The notes beneath the pieces are model-generated. The model had not been told where the DNA came from and ran no database searches. It saw nothing but the letters and a program-made list of their open reading frames with translations. Positions 55,106 through 64,000 of a stretch of 64,000 bases of DNA are shown in pieces. Position 1 is the stretch's first letter. Every line of letters begins with the position of its first letter. The DNA is from Candidatus Woesebacteria bacterium UBA5073 (GTDB lineage: Bacteria; Patescibacteriota; Microgenomatia; UBA8517): NCBI GenBank assembly GCA_002415845.1, contig DIAR01000010.1:12920-76919 (forward strand). The letters run 5' to 3'. A program made the translations under genes and the position numbers.

Positions 55106-58037
55106 AGATTAAAGAATACTCACAACTTTTGCAAAGGATGCTTTTGGAACAGGCAAAATCCGAGGTTTCAATTTCTTTTTTGGTTTTGAATATTTCCGTA
55201 ATCGTTTTTTCAAGTTCTTCTTTAGTTCTCACACTTTGAATCTTTTTTTGATTGTCAAAATAATAAAGGGTTAAAACAACATCTTTGGGATCTTTTTCGA
55301 AAGGTTGTCCTTTGATCTTCATTGCCGCCAGCGCATAGAAGTTAAGTTGTAGGTCCTTATCAACATCTTTTTGTGTCGGGACATTAGCACCGGTTTTATA
55401 ATCGATAATTTCGATTCTACCATCAGGTAGGGCGTCAACCCTGTCAATTTTCCCACCGATTTTTAAATATTCTCCATTTAAAGTTAACGGAACAACAAAC
55501 TGCTGTTCCAATAAAAGCGGTAAGTTTTTGGGGTTAAATTCTTTTTTCAAGAAATCGGATAAAAACATCTTCCCTTTTTCCAAAAACTTTTTCTCATGTA
55601 TCTTTCCTTTGTAACCATCCTTAATCCAGTCATCTTTTAAAATTTCGAATAGTAGCTTTTCGGAAGGTTTGGCCCCCTCTTTTACTTTTAAATAAAAATC
55701 CTTCAGGGTTACGTGAATAGTTGAACCAAAACTTAAAGAGGCCGATTGGGGCGTTGGAATTTTATAGAGGTATTTTAATTTATAATGCAAAGGACAATTT
55801 TTAAAAGTTTCAATTTGGGAATAAGACAAATAATCAACATGTAAGGGGGCCTTAGTAATTTTACTTAAAGGTTGTGTTTTATAATCCAAAAAGCTTAATT
55901 GTTTGAGGTTGTCGAGTTTTTGTTCTGATGAAACGGCCTTATCACCTAAAGCTTCAAAAATAAAAGGCGAGAGACGTTTTTCTCTTTTGGCCTCTCCGTA
56001 ATAGTCGGCGGCCGTTAAAAAAAGCCTTTCTTTGGCTCGGGTCATACCAACATAGAAAAGTCGGCGTTCTTCTTCCATATGATAATCCCCAACTGGTAAA
56101 ACTTCTTTAATCAACTCATCCGGTATGGGAATGGTTTCTCTTCGCTCCACTGTTGGGAACCTTTGTCCAACCAGGTTAACCAAAAAAACCACCGGAAATT
56201 CCAATCCCTTGGCGCTGTGAACGGTTAAGATGTTCACGGCGTCAACTTCCGTCCAGTCGTTATCCGAAGCCAACGGTGATTCACCCAGTTCCCGGGATAG
56301 TTCCAAAAAATCAACAACAACAAAGACACTGGCATCTTCATGGTCGACTTCATAGCTTTTCAGCTTGTCAAAAAACTTGGCAACGTTCTTGGCTTTTCTT
56401 TCGGCTTCAACGGAAGCAGGGTTTAAAAGTTTGGGTAAAAGTTTTGTCTCTTCCAGAAAATAGTAAAGAAGTTGTCCGGCCGTTTCTTTTTTCATTAGTC
56501 CCAGGTGTTTATTAATTAAAGCCGTTAGGTATTTAATTTTCTCTTTCCCCTTTTCGGACAGATAAAGTTGGTCGGCTTTCTCACAGGCTTCAAATAAAGA
56601 GAGGTTTGACCTTTTGGCAAAAGCTCCTAAGGTTGCCAAATCACGACCCGGAATATCAAAATATTCAATTGATAATAATCTGAAAAAAGAAACCGAATCT
56701 TCAAAATTGTATAAAACCTTCAAATAAGAAATCAGATCAATGACTTCAGCCTGTTTATACAATCTCCCCGGTCCTAAAAATTGGAAAGGTAAGCCTTTCC
56801 GAGATAAAGCCCTGCCAAAGGGTTCGGCATGATTGTTGGCCCTGACCAAAATCGCAAAATCACGAAAGTCATACTTTTCCTCTCTTATAAGATCGCTAAT
56901 TGTTTTAGCAACTAATTCAGCTTCGTTTTCGACCCGGTCGCAGTGGATAAATTTAACTTCCTCACCGTCTTTGGCCACCAGCGATTTTAATTTCTTGTCG
57001 ATATTTTCAACCACTTCAAGCCGGTCCGGATTATTTTTCTGAATTAAATCATATGAGCGATCCAAAATTTCCTGGGTTGAGCGGTAGTTCTTGGTTAAAA
57101 CGACAATTTTAAGTTTGGGAAAACTTTTCCGAAACTGAACAATATTGGAAACGGCGGCACCGCGGAAACGATAAACGCTTTGATCATCATCGCCGCAAAC
57201 GGTAATGTTTTGGTCTTTACCAACCAATAATTTGGCTAATTCATTTTGAGCAAAGTTAGTATCCTGAAATTCATCAATCAAAATATATTTAAACTGATCA
57301 CGATAAGTTTTTAAAATGTTCTTCCTCTGTCGAAAAAGGTTTAAGGTTTTAATAATCAAATCGCCAAAATCCAAATAACCTTCTTTAATTTTTAATTCGT
57401 CATATGTTTTATAAGCGTTTGAGAGTTCAATTAATTTTTTTAACTCCAACTTATCTTCTTCAGAAAGGTTCTTTTTTGTTTTTTTCTTCTGGATATATTT
57501 GGCGTAATCATCCGGAGTTACATCTTCATCCTGCAGTCGGGAAAAGTGTTGCAACATGCCTTCAATAAATTTATTGGGGTTGCCCAGTGGCCTAAAATAA
57601 TTAAGATTAAAAGAAAATAAATTCTTTCGGATTAAAGCCACAGCTTCGGCTTCGGATAAAAGTTTATAGCGGGGATTTAAACCAATATGCAAGGCTTCTC
57701 TACGCAAGATTCTGTCACAGAAGGAATGGAAAGTGGAAATCCACATTTGGGTATAACCATATGGCATGGCCAGATCAACTCTTTCTTCCATTTCCTTGGC
57801 TGCTTTTTCGGTAAAGGTTAAAGCTAAAATTTCTTCGGGTTTGGCTAACTTGCCGAAAATAAGGTATTTTATTCGCTCGGTAATAACCGTCGTTTTCCCG
57901 GTTCCGGCCCCGGCAATGATTAAGAGCGGCCCGTTTTTGTGTTTAACGGCTTCTAATTGTTCCTTGTTTAATTTCTGTGAGGAAGATACTTTTGCGGCCA
58001 TGTTATTCTTCTGACCTTCCAATTTCTTTTTTAACAT
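55089..58037 (-). CDS. AddA-like helicase-nuclease: UvrD-family SF1 helicase fused to a C-terminal PD-(D/E)xK nuclease with an iron-staple Cys cluster
   Basis: 982 aa. N-terminal LNKEQLEAV and AGAGTGKTTV, then the full UvrD motif set. The C-terminal domain has a Cys upstream (FKNCPLHY), the nuclease motifs GKIDRVD...IIDYKTG, and a terminal C-x5-C-x2-C-x5-C cluster (CSKSILCKSCEYSLIC), as in AddB/Cas4/RecB-family nucleases. Confidence 0.85.
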   Translation of the reverse strand: MLKKKLEGQKNNMAAKVSSSQKLNKEQLEAVKHKNGPLLIIAGAGTGKTTVITERIKYLIFGKLAKPEEILALTFTEKAAKEMEERVDLAMPYGYTQMWISTFHSFCDRILRREALHIGLNPRYKLLSEAEAVALIRKNLFSFNLNYFRPLGNPNKFIEGMLQHFSRLQDEDVTPDDYAKYIQKKKTKKNLSEEDKLELKKLIELSNAYKTYDELKIKEGYLDFGDLIIKTLNLFRQRKNILKTYRDQFKYILIDEFQDTNFAQNELAKLLVGKDQNITVCGDDDQSVYRFRGAAVSNIVQFRKSFPKLKIVVLTKNYRSTQEILDRSYDLIQKNNPDRLEVVENIDKKLKSLVAKDGEEVKFIHCDRVENEAELVAKTISDLIREEKYDFRDFAILVRANNHAEPFGRALSRKGLPFQFLGPGRLYKQAEVIDLISYLKVLYNFEDSVSFFRLLSIEYFDIPGRDLATLGAFAKRSNLSLFEACEKADQLYLSEKGKEKIKYLTALINKHLGLMKKETAGQLLYYFLEETKLLPKLLNPASVEAERKAKNVAKFFDKLKSYEVDHEDASVFVVVDFLELSRELGESPLASDNDWTEVDAVNILTVHSAKGLEFPVVFLVNLVGQRFPTVERRETIPIPDELIKEVLPVGDYHMEEERRLFYVGMTRAKERLFLTAADYYGEAKREKRLSPFIFEALGDKAVSSEQKLDNLKQLSFLDYKTQPLSKITKAPLHVDYLSYSQIETFKNCPLHYKLKYLYKIPTPQSASLSFGSTIHVTLKDFYLKVKEGAKPSEKLLFEILKDDWIKDGYKGKIHEKKFLEKGKMFLSDFLKKEFNPKNLPLLLEQQFVVPLTLNGEYLKIGGKIDRVDALPDGRIEIIDYKTGANVPTQKDVDKDLQLNFYALAAMKIKGQPFEKDPKDVVLTLYYFDNQKKIQSVRTKEELEKTITEIFKTKKEIETSDFACSKSILCKSCEYSLICGYEG

Positions 58038-59001
58038 TTCCGCCCAAATTTTTGGTTGAGGAAATCTTCTGTCCCAATTGCCTGAAAGAAGTCGTTACCG
58101 TACTAATGGTGTTATAAGCGTTGTTAACGTGTTTTTGCAAAACGCCTAAGTTATCCTCAACTTTGTAATAATCTTTTTGAATGGCCCGAAGGGATGCCAA
58201 AATTTCCCTGGCTTTGGCTTCAATCTTTTGACCTTCAAAACTCATAAGGATGGCTCGGAGATATGCATAAAAAGTAGTTGGGGAGACGGGAAGAACTCTT
58301 TTCTCGCTACCATAATCAAACAGTCTTTGGTTGTTAACAACTTCGTAATAAACCGACTCCGACGGAATATACATCAGGGCATAATCAATCGTTCCCTCTT
58401 CGGTTAAGATGTATTTTCGGGAAATATCATCAATGTGTCCCTTAACGTCACCCTCGAAGGCTTTCTCATAAACTTTCTTTTCGGCTTCCGTTTGGGCCGC
58501 ATTTAGTTTCCGGAAGTTTTCCATCGGAAACTTGGAATCAACCGGAATAATACCGCCCGAGGTTTTAATGGCCGCATCAACTTTTTCACCTGACTTAAAA
58601 GTGTATTGAAGATTAAAGGAGGCTTTTGGCAGGAATTGTCCCAAAAGTTCTTTTAAAACCTGTTCGCCGATATTGCCCCTAAGTTTTGGGCTTTGCAAAA
58701 ATTCCTGCAGGTCTTTCATTCCCCGTCCGATTTCGCTCATTTCCCCAATGTTTCTTTTAACATCAGAAATGACCCTGGCTGCATTATCCAGTCTTTCGTT
58801 TAAGGATTGGGTGTTTCTGTCCAGCGAGTCCATCATGATTTTGCGGTCTTCCTTGCCTCCAACCTGAAGCATTTTGATAACTTCCAGGAGTTCGTCCGAA
58901 GGTTTCTGGGACTCCTTCAATTCTGTTAATTTTTTGTTGATAAAAATAGCCAAGATAACCAAAACGGCTAAGACAATTACTAAAACAATAACCGGGTCCA
59001 T
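58003..59001 (-). CDS. rmuC: DNA recombination protein RmuC
   Basis: 332 aa. N-terminal TM helix, coiled coil, then the RmuC core (GNIGEQVLKELL, IPVDSKFPMENF, YALMYIPSESVYYE). Confidence 0.8.
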   Translation of the reverse strand: MDPVIVLVIVLAVLVILAIFINKKLTELKESQKPSDELLEVIKMLQVGGKEDRKIMMDSLDRNTQSLNERLDNAARVISDVKRNIGEMSEIGRGMKDLQEFLQSPKLRGNIGEQVLKELLGQFLPKASFNLQYTFKSGEKVDAAIKTSGGIIPVDSKFPMENFRKLNAAQTEAEKKVYEKAFEGDVKGHIDDISRKYILTEEGTIDYALMYIPSESVYYEVVNNQRLFDYGSEKRVLPVSPTTFYAYLRAILMSFEGQKIEAKAREILASLRAIQKDYYKVEDNLGVLQKHVNNAYNTISTVTTSFRQLGQKISSTKNLGGNVKKEIGRSEE

Positions 59002-59034
59002 AATCTTGCCATTTTAACACCGCTTTGGTTTAAA

Positions 59035-59391
59035 ATGAAACCAGTGAATAAACAAAAACAAAGACAGGAAAACAGAAAAAAAAGAAAAAACTTTCTACCG
59101 ACTCTTCTTTTAACAATCCTTCTTTGGATTTCTCTCTTTTTTTTAATTTATTTTGTTGAACCGGATACTTTTGGCGTTGTTCCTCTCTTTTTCTTTTTAA
59201 TCTTCTTTGCTTTTCTTTTTTCCTTTGCCACTCTTTTAGCCGATTCCAGACGCGGTTTATCAATTTCCGTTTTTTTAACCCTCTTTTTAATCCTGAGGTA
59301 CTTTGGTATTGGGAATATCCTAAATTTACTTTTGTTACTTGGTCTTTTTATCACTTCTGAAGTCTACTTTTTGAAAAACAAATCCTCTTGA
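59035..59391 (+). CDS. Small hydrophobic membrane protein (hypothetical)
   Basis: 118 aa. K/R-rich N-terminus followed by about three TM helices. The stop overlaps the next gene's start (ATGA). Confidence 0.35.
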   Translation: MKPVNKQKQRQENRKKRKNFLPTLLLTILLWISLFFLIYFVEPDTFGVVPLFFFLIFFAFLFSFATLLADSRRGLSISVFLTLFLILRYFGIGNILNLLLLLGLFITSEVYFLKNKSS

Positions 59392-59783
59392 CGGGAAAAC
59401 TTGGGTTGTTATACTTGACGCCAAGTATGAGAACTTCAGGTTTCAAATTAAATCCATCATTTAAAAATCAAATTGAGGTAACCTTCTGTCAGTTAATATC
59501 GGATATCAAAACACCAAAAGAAGCGGAAATCTTTTTTAAAGACTTTTTAAACGAAACCGAATATGAAACCTTTGTTAAAAGATTGGCTATCGCCTACTGG
59601 CTAAAGAAAAAAAGAAGCTATGCAAACATCAAACAAAACCTCAAAGTCTCCAGTGCCACCATTGCCGTTATCCAAACCCTGATGCAGAAACCGGGTTTTA
59701 AGATGGCCCTCAAGAAAATCGAGGCTGACGAGTGGGCCAATGTCTGGGCAGAAAAGATTAAAAAAATAACCCGCCACAAGTAA
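59388..59783 (+). CDS. TrpR-like YerC/YecD-family DNA-binding protein
   Basis: 131 aa. LTPSMRT...FVKRLAIAYWLKKKRSYANIKQNLKVSSATIAVIQ matches the YerC/YecD (Trp repressor-like) pattern. Confidence 0.5.
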   Translation: MTGKLGLLYLTPSMRTSGFKLNPSFKNQIEVTFCQLISDIKTPKEAEIFFKDFLNETEYETFVKRLAIAYWLKKKRSYANIKQNLKVSSATIAVIQTLMQKPGFKMALKKIEADEWANVWAEKIKKITRHK

Positions 59784-59820
59784 TTTGTTTTAAGCCTCAA
59801 ATAAAGCTAAAATACAAGCG

Positions 59821-59846
59821 AACCTCCTTAAAAAGGGAGGTTTTTT
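59821..59846 (+). terminator. Rho-independent terminator
   Basis: aacctcc-ttaaaaag-ggaggtt followed by tttt: a 7-bp stem and an 8-nt loop. Located downstream of the yerC-like gene, before metG. Confidence 0.65.
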
Positions 59847-59875
59847 AATACCAAACTAGTTATACTTATATTGCC

Positions 59876-61294
59876 ATGACTAAAAAATTTTACATTACTG
59901 CCGCCATTCCATACGTTAACGCCGCTCCCCATATCGGCCATGCGCTGGAATTTGTACAAGTGGATGCCTTAAAAAGATACCACCAACTTCAGGGCGTTGA
60001 TGTTATTTCCCTCTCGGGTGGAGACGAAAACGCCCTGAAAAACGTTCAGGCGGCGGAGGCCAAGGGCATTGATATTCAAAGCTTTGTTGACACCAATACC
60101 GAACTCTTTCGTCTTTTGGCCGTTAAACTGAATGCCGAATTTGATGTCTGGCAAAAGGGCAGCGATAAGAAGAACCACTACCCATCCGTTCAGAAACTAT
60201 GGAACCTTTGTAAAAAAGACATTTACAAAAAAACCTATGAGGGCCTTTATTGTGTCGGTTGTGAGGCTTTCTACACCAAGGAAGAATTAAACGACCAGGG
60301 TGAATGCTTTGAACACCCGGGTAAGAAATTAGAAACCGTGGCTGAAGAGAACTACTTCTTTGCCCTGTCCAAATACCAAAACCAATTAATTAAACTAATT
60401 GAAAGCGACAAGCTAAAAATTACCCCCGAAACCAGAAAAAACGAAGCTTTGTCTTTCTTAAAAAATGGTCTTTTGGATATTTCAGTTTCCAGAAGTATCA
60501 AAAGAGCCAAAAACTGGGGCGTACCGGTTCCCGATGATCCTGAGCAGATTATTTATGTTTGGTTTGACGCTTTAAATATTTATCAGTCGGGGATTGGCTT
60601 TGGTTGGGACGAAGTCAAATACGAAAAGTACTGGCCGGCCGATGTTCATGCCATCGGCAAAGGCATCTCTCGCTTCCATACCGTTTACTGGCCGGCTTTT
60701 CTTCTTTCGGCCGGACTCCCCTTGCCAAAAAATATTTTCGTCCACGGTTACCTAACCGTTAACGGCGAGAAAATTTCAAAGACGGTCGGCAACGTCATCG
60801 ATCCCCTACCGTTAATTGAAAAATTTGGTGCTGACCCTATTCGTTATTATTTGCTTTCCAAAGTCTCGCCTTTTTTGGATGGAGATTTTTCCGAAAAAAA
60901 GTTGATCGAAAGTTATAATTCCGATCTGGCTAACGGCTTGGGCAATTTGGTTTCCCGAGTGGCTAAACTATGCGAAAAGGTAAATTTCGAAGTTAAACCC
61001 CAGACAAATGCAGTTTTCCCGGAGGTTACAAAAGCTATTGGGGAATATAAATTTGACGAAACTCTAAAGGCCATCTGGCAAAAAATTTCAGAGGTTGATA
61101 AGAAAATAAATGTTGATGAACCCTGGAAACTGGAAGAAAAAGAGCTTAAAGAAGCTTTAGCTTTTTATGTCTCCCAAATAAAACAAATTGCGTATAACTT
61201 AAAGCCTTTTCTTCCCGAAACAGCCGAAGCAATCGAGAGTATTTTTGCCGGTCCTAAAGTATCAATTGTCAAACCTCTCTTCCCGAGGATTTAA
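59876..61294 (+). CDS. metG: Methionine--tRNA ligase, short (minimal) form
   Basis: 472 aa. HIGH motif (PHIGHALEF), a CVGCE zinc-knuckle remnant, and a KMSKS-like motif (KISKTVGN). Confidence 0.9.
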   Translation: MTKKFYITAAIPYVNAAPHIGHALEFVQVDALKRYHQLQGVDVISLSGGDENALKNVQAAEAKGIDIQSFVDTNTELFRLLAVKLNAEFDVWQKGSDKKNHYPSVQKLWNLCKKDIYKKTYEGLYCVGCEAFYTKEELNDQGECFEHPGKKLETVAEENYFFALSKYQNQLIKLIESDKLKITPETRKNEALSFLKNGLLDISVSRSIKRAKNWGVPVPDDPEQIIYVWFDALNIYQSGIGFGWDEVKYEKYWPADVHAIGKGISRFHTVYWPAFLLSAGLPLPKNIFVHGYLTVNGEKISKTVGNVIDPLPLIEKFGADPIRYYLLSKVSPFLDGDFSEKKLIESYNSDLANGLGNLVSRVAKLCEKVNFEVKPQTNAVFPEVTKAIGEYKFDETLKAIWQKISEVDKKINVDEPWKLEEKELKEALAFYVSQIKQIAYNLKPFLPETAEAIESIFAGPKVSIVKPLFPRI

Positions 61295-61304
61295 TTTTTT
61301 ATTA

Positions 61305-62798
61305 ATGTTTAGAAATTTTATAATTAAACACGACAAAGGCGTTCTGCGGGCCCTGGAGATTTTACCCGGGTTTGTTTCCTGGAACGTGATTCTTTTTCCT
61401 TACTGGGGTATCTTAATTATTCCTAACGTTGTTGCCTATTTTATTCTTCTTTTTAACCTCTATTGGTTTTACCAGTCTTTTCAGACAGCCATTTCGGCCG
61501 TTTTGTCCCATTTAAAAATCCAGGCTTCAATGAACTTTAATTGGTTGGCTGATTTAAAATCTTTTCCCGATTGGAAAAAGGTTCATCACGTTGTCATTAT
61601 TCCTACCTACAAAGAACCGCTGCATATCTTGGAGCGAACCCTTAATTCTTTAGCCGAGCAGGATTTACCCAAAAACCAAATTACGGTTTGTCTGGCGATG
61701 GAGAAAAAAGAACCTGAAGAAGACCGGATAAGAAAGGTTGCCGCCTTAAAAGAAACGTTTGGTAAAACCTTTGCCAATCTCTTTGTCACCGTCCACGAAC
61801 TCGTTTCCGGTGAAGTAGCCGGTAAATCTTCAAACGAAAAGTTTGCCGCCATTTGGCTGAAAAAAGAATTTATCGATAAAGGCAAATTGGATATTAACTA
61901 CATTACCGTTACAAGCTGTGATGCCGATCATAAATACCATCCCAAGCATTTTTCTTGTCTTACTTTTAAATTTCTTGATAACCCAAACCGCTATAAACAT
62001 TTTTGGCAGCCGGCCGTTATGTTTTACAACAATATTTGGGAAATTCCGGCAATCTCTCGGGTTACCAATACCTTTACTTCCATTTGGAACCTGGCCAATC
62101 TTTCCCGGAAAGACAGGCTTATTAATACCGCCAATTATTCCCTTTCCTTTTCCCTTTTGGATAAAGTGGGTTATTGGGACGCCGATAAAATTCCTGAAGA
62201 TTGGGGAATCTTCTTTAAAACTTATTACAAGATGCGGGGTGGAATTGAAGTTGAGCCGATTTATTTGCCCCTCATGGCCGATGCCGCCCAGTCAACCACT
62301 TCTTTTGGCACAATCAAAAGCCAGTATGAACAAATTAAGCGCTGGGCTTGGGGCGTATCGGATGATCCCTGGATAATCAAAAATTACTTTTTAACCCCAG
62401 GAATTCCCTTCTGGGAAAAAACGGCCCGTTTAATCTATGTTATCTGGGCTCATTTTTCCTGGCCGATTAACTGGTTTATTATCACCATCGGCCTAACCTT
62501 ACCTTCACTTTTAAATCCCGCCTTTGCCAGAACGGCTCTTGGTTATTCGGTTCCGAAATTGTCATCTTTTGTCCTAACAATCGCCCTGGCCTTCTTGGCT
62601 ACAACTATCGTAATCGACAGCTTTTATAAACCGAAAAAATCGGAGCATTTGCCTAAATGGCGGATTGTCATTTCGCCTTTGGAATTTATCCTTATGCCGA
62701 TTGCCGGTTTTATCTTCACCGCCCTTCCCGGTCTTGATGCACACACAAGACTGATGCTTGGCAAATACATTGAGTACAAAGTCACGGAGAAAGTTTAA
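61305..62798 (+). CDS. Family-2 membrane glycosyltransferase, processive synthase type (D,D,D,QxxRW)
   Basis: The track ORF starts at 61245, inside metG; ATG at 61305 gives MFRNFIIK. Motifs VVIIPTYKEP, TSCDADH and QIKRWAWG (QxxRW). TM helices flank the catalytic domain. Confidence 0.8.
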   Translation: MFRNFIIKHDKGVLRALEILPGFVSWNVILFPYWGILIIPNVVAYFILLFNLYWFYQSFQTAISAVLSHLKIQASMNFNWLADLKSFPDWKKVHHVVIIPTYKEPLHILERTLNSLAEQDLPKNQITVCLAMEKKEPEEDRIRKVAALKETFGKTFANLFVTVHELVSGEVAGKSSNEKFAAIWLKKEFIDKGKLDINYITVTSCDADHKYHPKHFSCLTFKFLDNPNRYKHFWQPAVMFYNNIWEIPAISRVTNTFTSIWNLANLSRKDRLINTANYSLSFSLLDKVGYWDADKIPEDWGIFFKTYYKMRGGIEVEPIYLPLMADAAQSTTSFGTIKSQYEQIKRWAWGVSDDPWIIKNYFLTPGIPFWEKTARLIYVIWAHFSWPINWFIITIGLTLPSLLNPAFARTALGYSVPKLSSFVLTIALAFLATTIVIDSFYKPKKSEHLPKWRIVISPLEFILMPIAGFIFTALPGLDAHTRLMLGKYIEYKVTEKV

Positions 62799-63730
62799 GC
62801 GCTTCTGAAGTATTCAATCGTTTTTACAAGTCCCTCATCAACTTTAATTCTTGGTTCCCAACCCAAAAGCGTTTTGGCTTTTGAGATATCCGGACAGCGT
62901 TGTTTAGGATCATCGGCCGGAATGTCTTTAAAAACAATCTCCGAAGAACTCCCCGTAATGGCTTTTATTTTCTCGGCCAAAGAAAGCATAGTGTATTCCT
63001 CGGGATTGCCCAAATTAACCACTTCGCCCTTAAGGCCTTCAGTAAACATCAATTTCATTAAGCCCTCTACCAAATCGGAAACAAAACAAAAAGATCTGGT
63101 TTGCTTGCCTTCACCGTAAATCGTTAACGGTTTTTGTTCCAAAGCCTGGTTAATGAAATTTGAGACTACCCGACCGTCGTCTTTTTGCATTCTGGGGCCA
63201 TAGGTATTAAAAATTCTGACAATCCGAGTGTCCAAATCATATTTTTGCCGATAAATATAAACCATTGTTTCGGCAAATCTTTTACCTTCGTCATAACAGC
63301 TTCTGGGACCGTAGGAATTAACATTGCCCCAATAGGTTTCTTTTTGCGGATGTTCTTTAGGGTCACCATAGACTTCCGAAGTTGAAGCCATTAAAAATCT
63401 GGCTTTAGCCTTAACGGCTTCTTTTAAGAGGTTAATTGTGCCCAAACTGTTGGCCAGGGCTGTTTCTTCGGGGTGTTTTTGATAATCAACCGGTGAAGCC
63501 GGAGAGGCTAAATGAAAAATATATGAAGCGCCCGAGCAGTCAATTTGATCACGGGTTACATCAAGGTTTTTGAACTCAAAATTGGAATTACCCTTAAAAG
63601 ATTCCAAATTCTTTTCGCTTCCGGTAATCAGGTTATCGACACATAAAACCTGATAGCCTCTGTTCAAAAGTGCCTCACAAAGATGGCTCCCGATAAACCC
63701 GGCTCCGCCCGTAATCACAATTTTTTCCAT
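62795..63730 (-). CDS. uxs: UDP-glucuronate decarboxylase (UDP-xylose synthase), SDR family
   Basis: 311 aa. ITGGAGFIGSHL Rossmann motif, STSEVYGDP, YDEGKR, and a near-collinear match to eukaryotic and bacterial UXS1 (HPQKETYWGNVNSYGPRSCYDEGKRFAETM, DGRVVSNFI). Confidence 0.85.
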   Translation of the reverse strand: MEKIVITGGAGFIGSHLCEALLNRGYQVLCVDNLITGSEKNLESFKGNSNFEFKNLDVTRDQIDCSGASYIFHLASPASPVDYQKHPEETALANSLGTINLLKEAVKAKARFLMASTSEVYGDPKEHPQKETYWGNVNSYGPRSCYDEGKRFAETMVYIYRQKYDLDTRIVRIFNTYGPRMQKDDGRVVSNFINQALEQKPLTIYGEGKQTRSFCFVSDLVEGLMKLMFTEGLKGEVVNLGNPEEYTMLSLAEKIKAITGSSSEIVFKDIPADDPKQRCPDISKAKTLLGWEPRIKVDEGLVKTIEYFRSA

Positions 63731-63785
63731 ATTTTTCTCTCGCTTATTATATACGAAAGTTAAGCCCCTATGCTAAACTAAATTA

Positions 63786-64000
63786 ATGGAAAAATTGACC
63801 AAACTCCTTCATAAAATCCATACACCTTTATGGCTAACCATCCTTTTAGCCATTATTCTTCTCCTTCGAATTCCCTCCCTTTTTGAACCCTATTATTACG
63901 GTGATGAGATGATTTATCTCTCGCTCGGTCAAGGCATCAGGCAAGGTCTTCACCTCTATAGTCAAATCTTTGACAACAAGCCGCCCTTAATTTACCTGGT
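63786..64000 (+). CDS. GT-C glycosyltransferase (ArnT/PMT-like), N-terminal fragment that runs off the window end
   Basis: ATG at 63786. A TM helix, then YYGDEMIYLSLGQ, which is the DE-x-x-Y first-loop motif of GT39/GT83 enzymes. Confidence 0.5.
   Translation, partial: MEKLTKLLHKIHTPLWLTILLAIILLLRIPSLFEPYYYGDEMIYLSLGQGIRQGLHLYSQIFDNKPPLIYL

Overview
This 64-kb window looks like a compact, moderately AT-rich bacterial genome of Candidate-Phyla-Radiation / Patescibacteria style. That organism call is inference: it rests on short forms of IF2, AlaRS and MetRS, very tight gene packing and lysine/glutamate-rich tails on housekeeping proteins. Bases 1-37855 form one unbroken minus-strand block of about 37 genes. 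In order it contains: rplD (partial), rplC, rpsJ, tuf, fusA, rpsG, rpsL, rpoC, rpoB, mltG, a small zinc-ribbon protein, ruvX, a sortase, a large membrane protein with an actin-fold N-domain, alaS, rodZ-like, ftsK, rnj, udg, a Lon-like AAA+ module with no protease domain, pnp, rpsO, a DHH-like gene, infB, nusA, dnaJ, dnaK, grpE, hrcA (with a CIRCE operator) and murJ. From 37.9 kb the strand switches. rpsT is followed by a pilN/pilO-like pair and a run of four secreted or membrane proteins that I cannot assign to any family I recognise (39844-44039). These are an FN3/Ig-like surface protein, a large cysteine-rich protein carrying a near-identical 240-bp tandem duplication, and two small Cys-rich, Thr/Pro-rich proteins. 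Three of the four end in a shared non-canonical sorting-signal-like tail ([IL]P[ED][SA]G-x-STPT plus a hydrophobic helix). Two share an N-terminal MVTGGG / TM / YLxxQNQD module. Directly next to them sit GT-C (PMT/ArnT-like) glycosyltransferases, an LCP-family ligase, two FemABX-like peptidyltransferases, a GT2 synthase, UDP-xylose synthase and another GT-C gene, with a sortase 25 kb upstream. Together this reads as a surface-protein display, glycosylation and anchoring island, and is the most likely candidate for an undescribed system. The window also holds a DNA-repair cluster: PcrA/UvrD, a UvrD-helicase fused to an iron-staple PD-(D/E)xK nuclease, RmuC, NUDIX and ASCH. No rRNA, tRNA or CRISPR array was detected.
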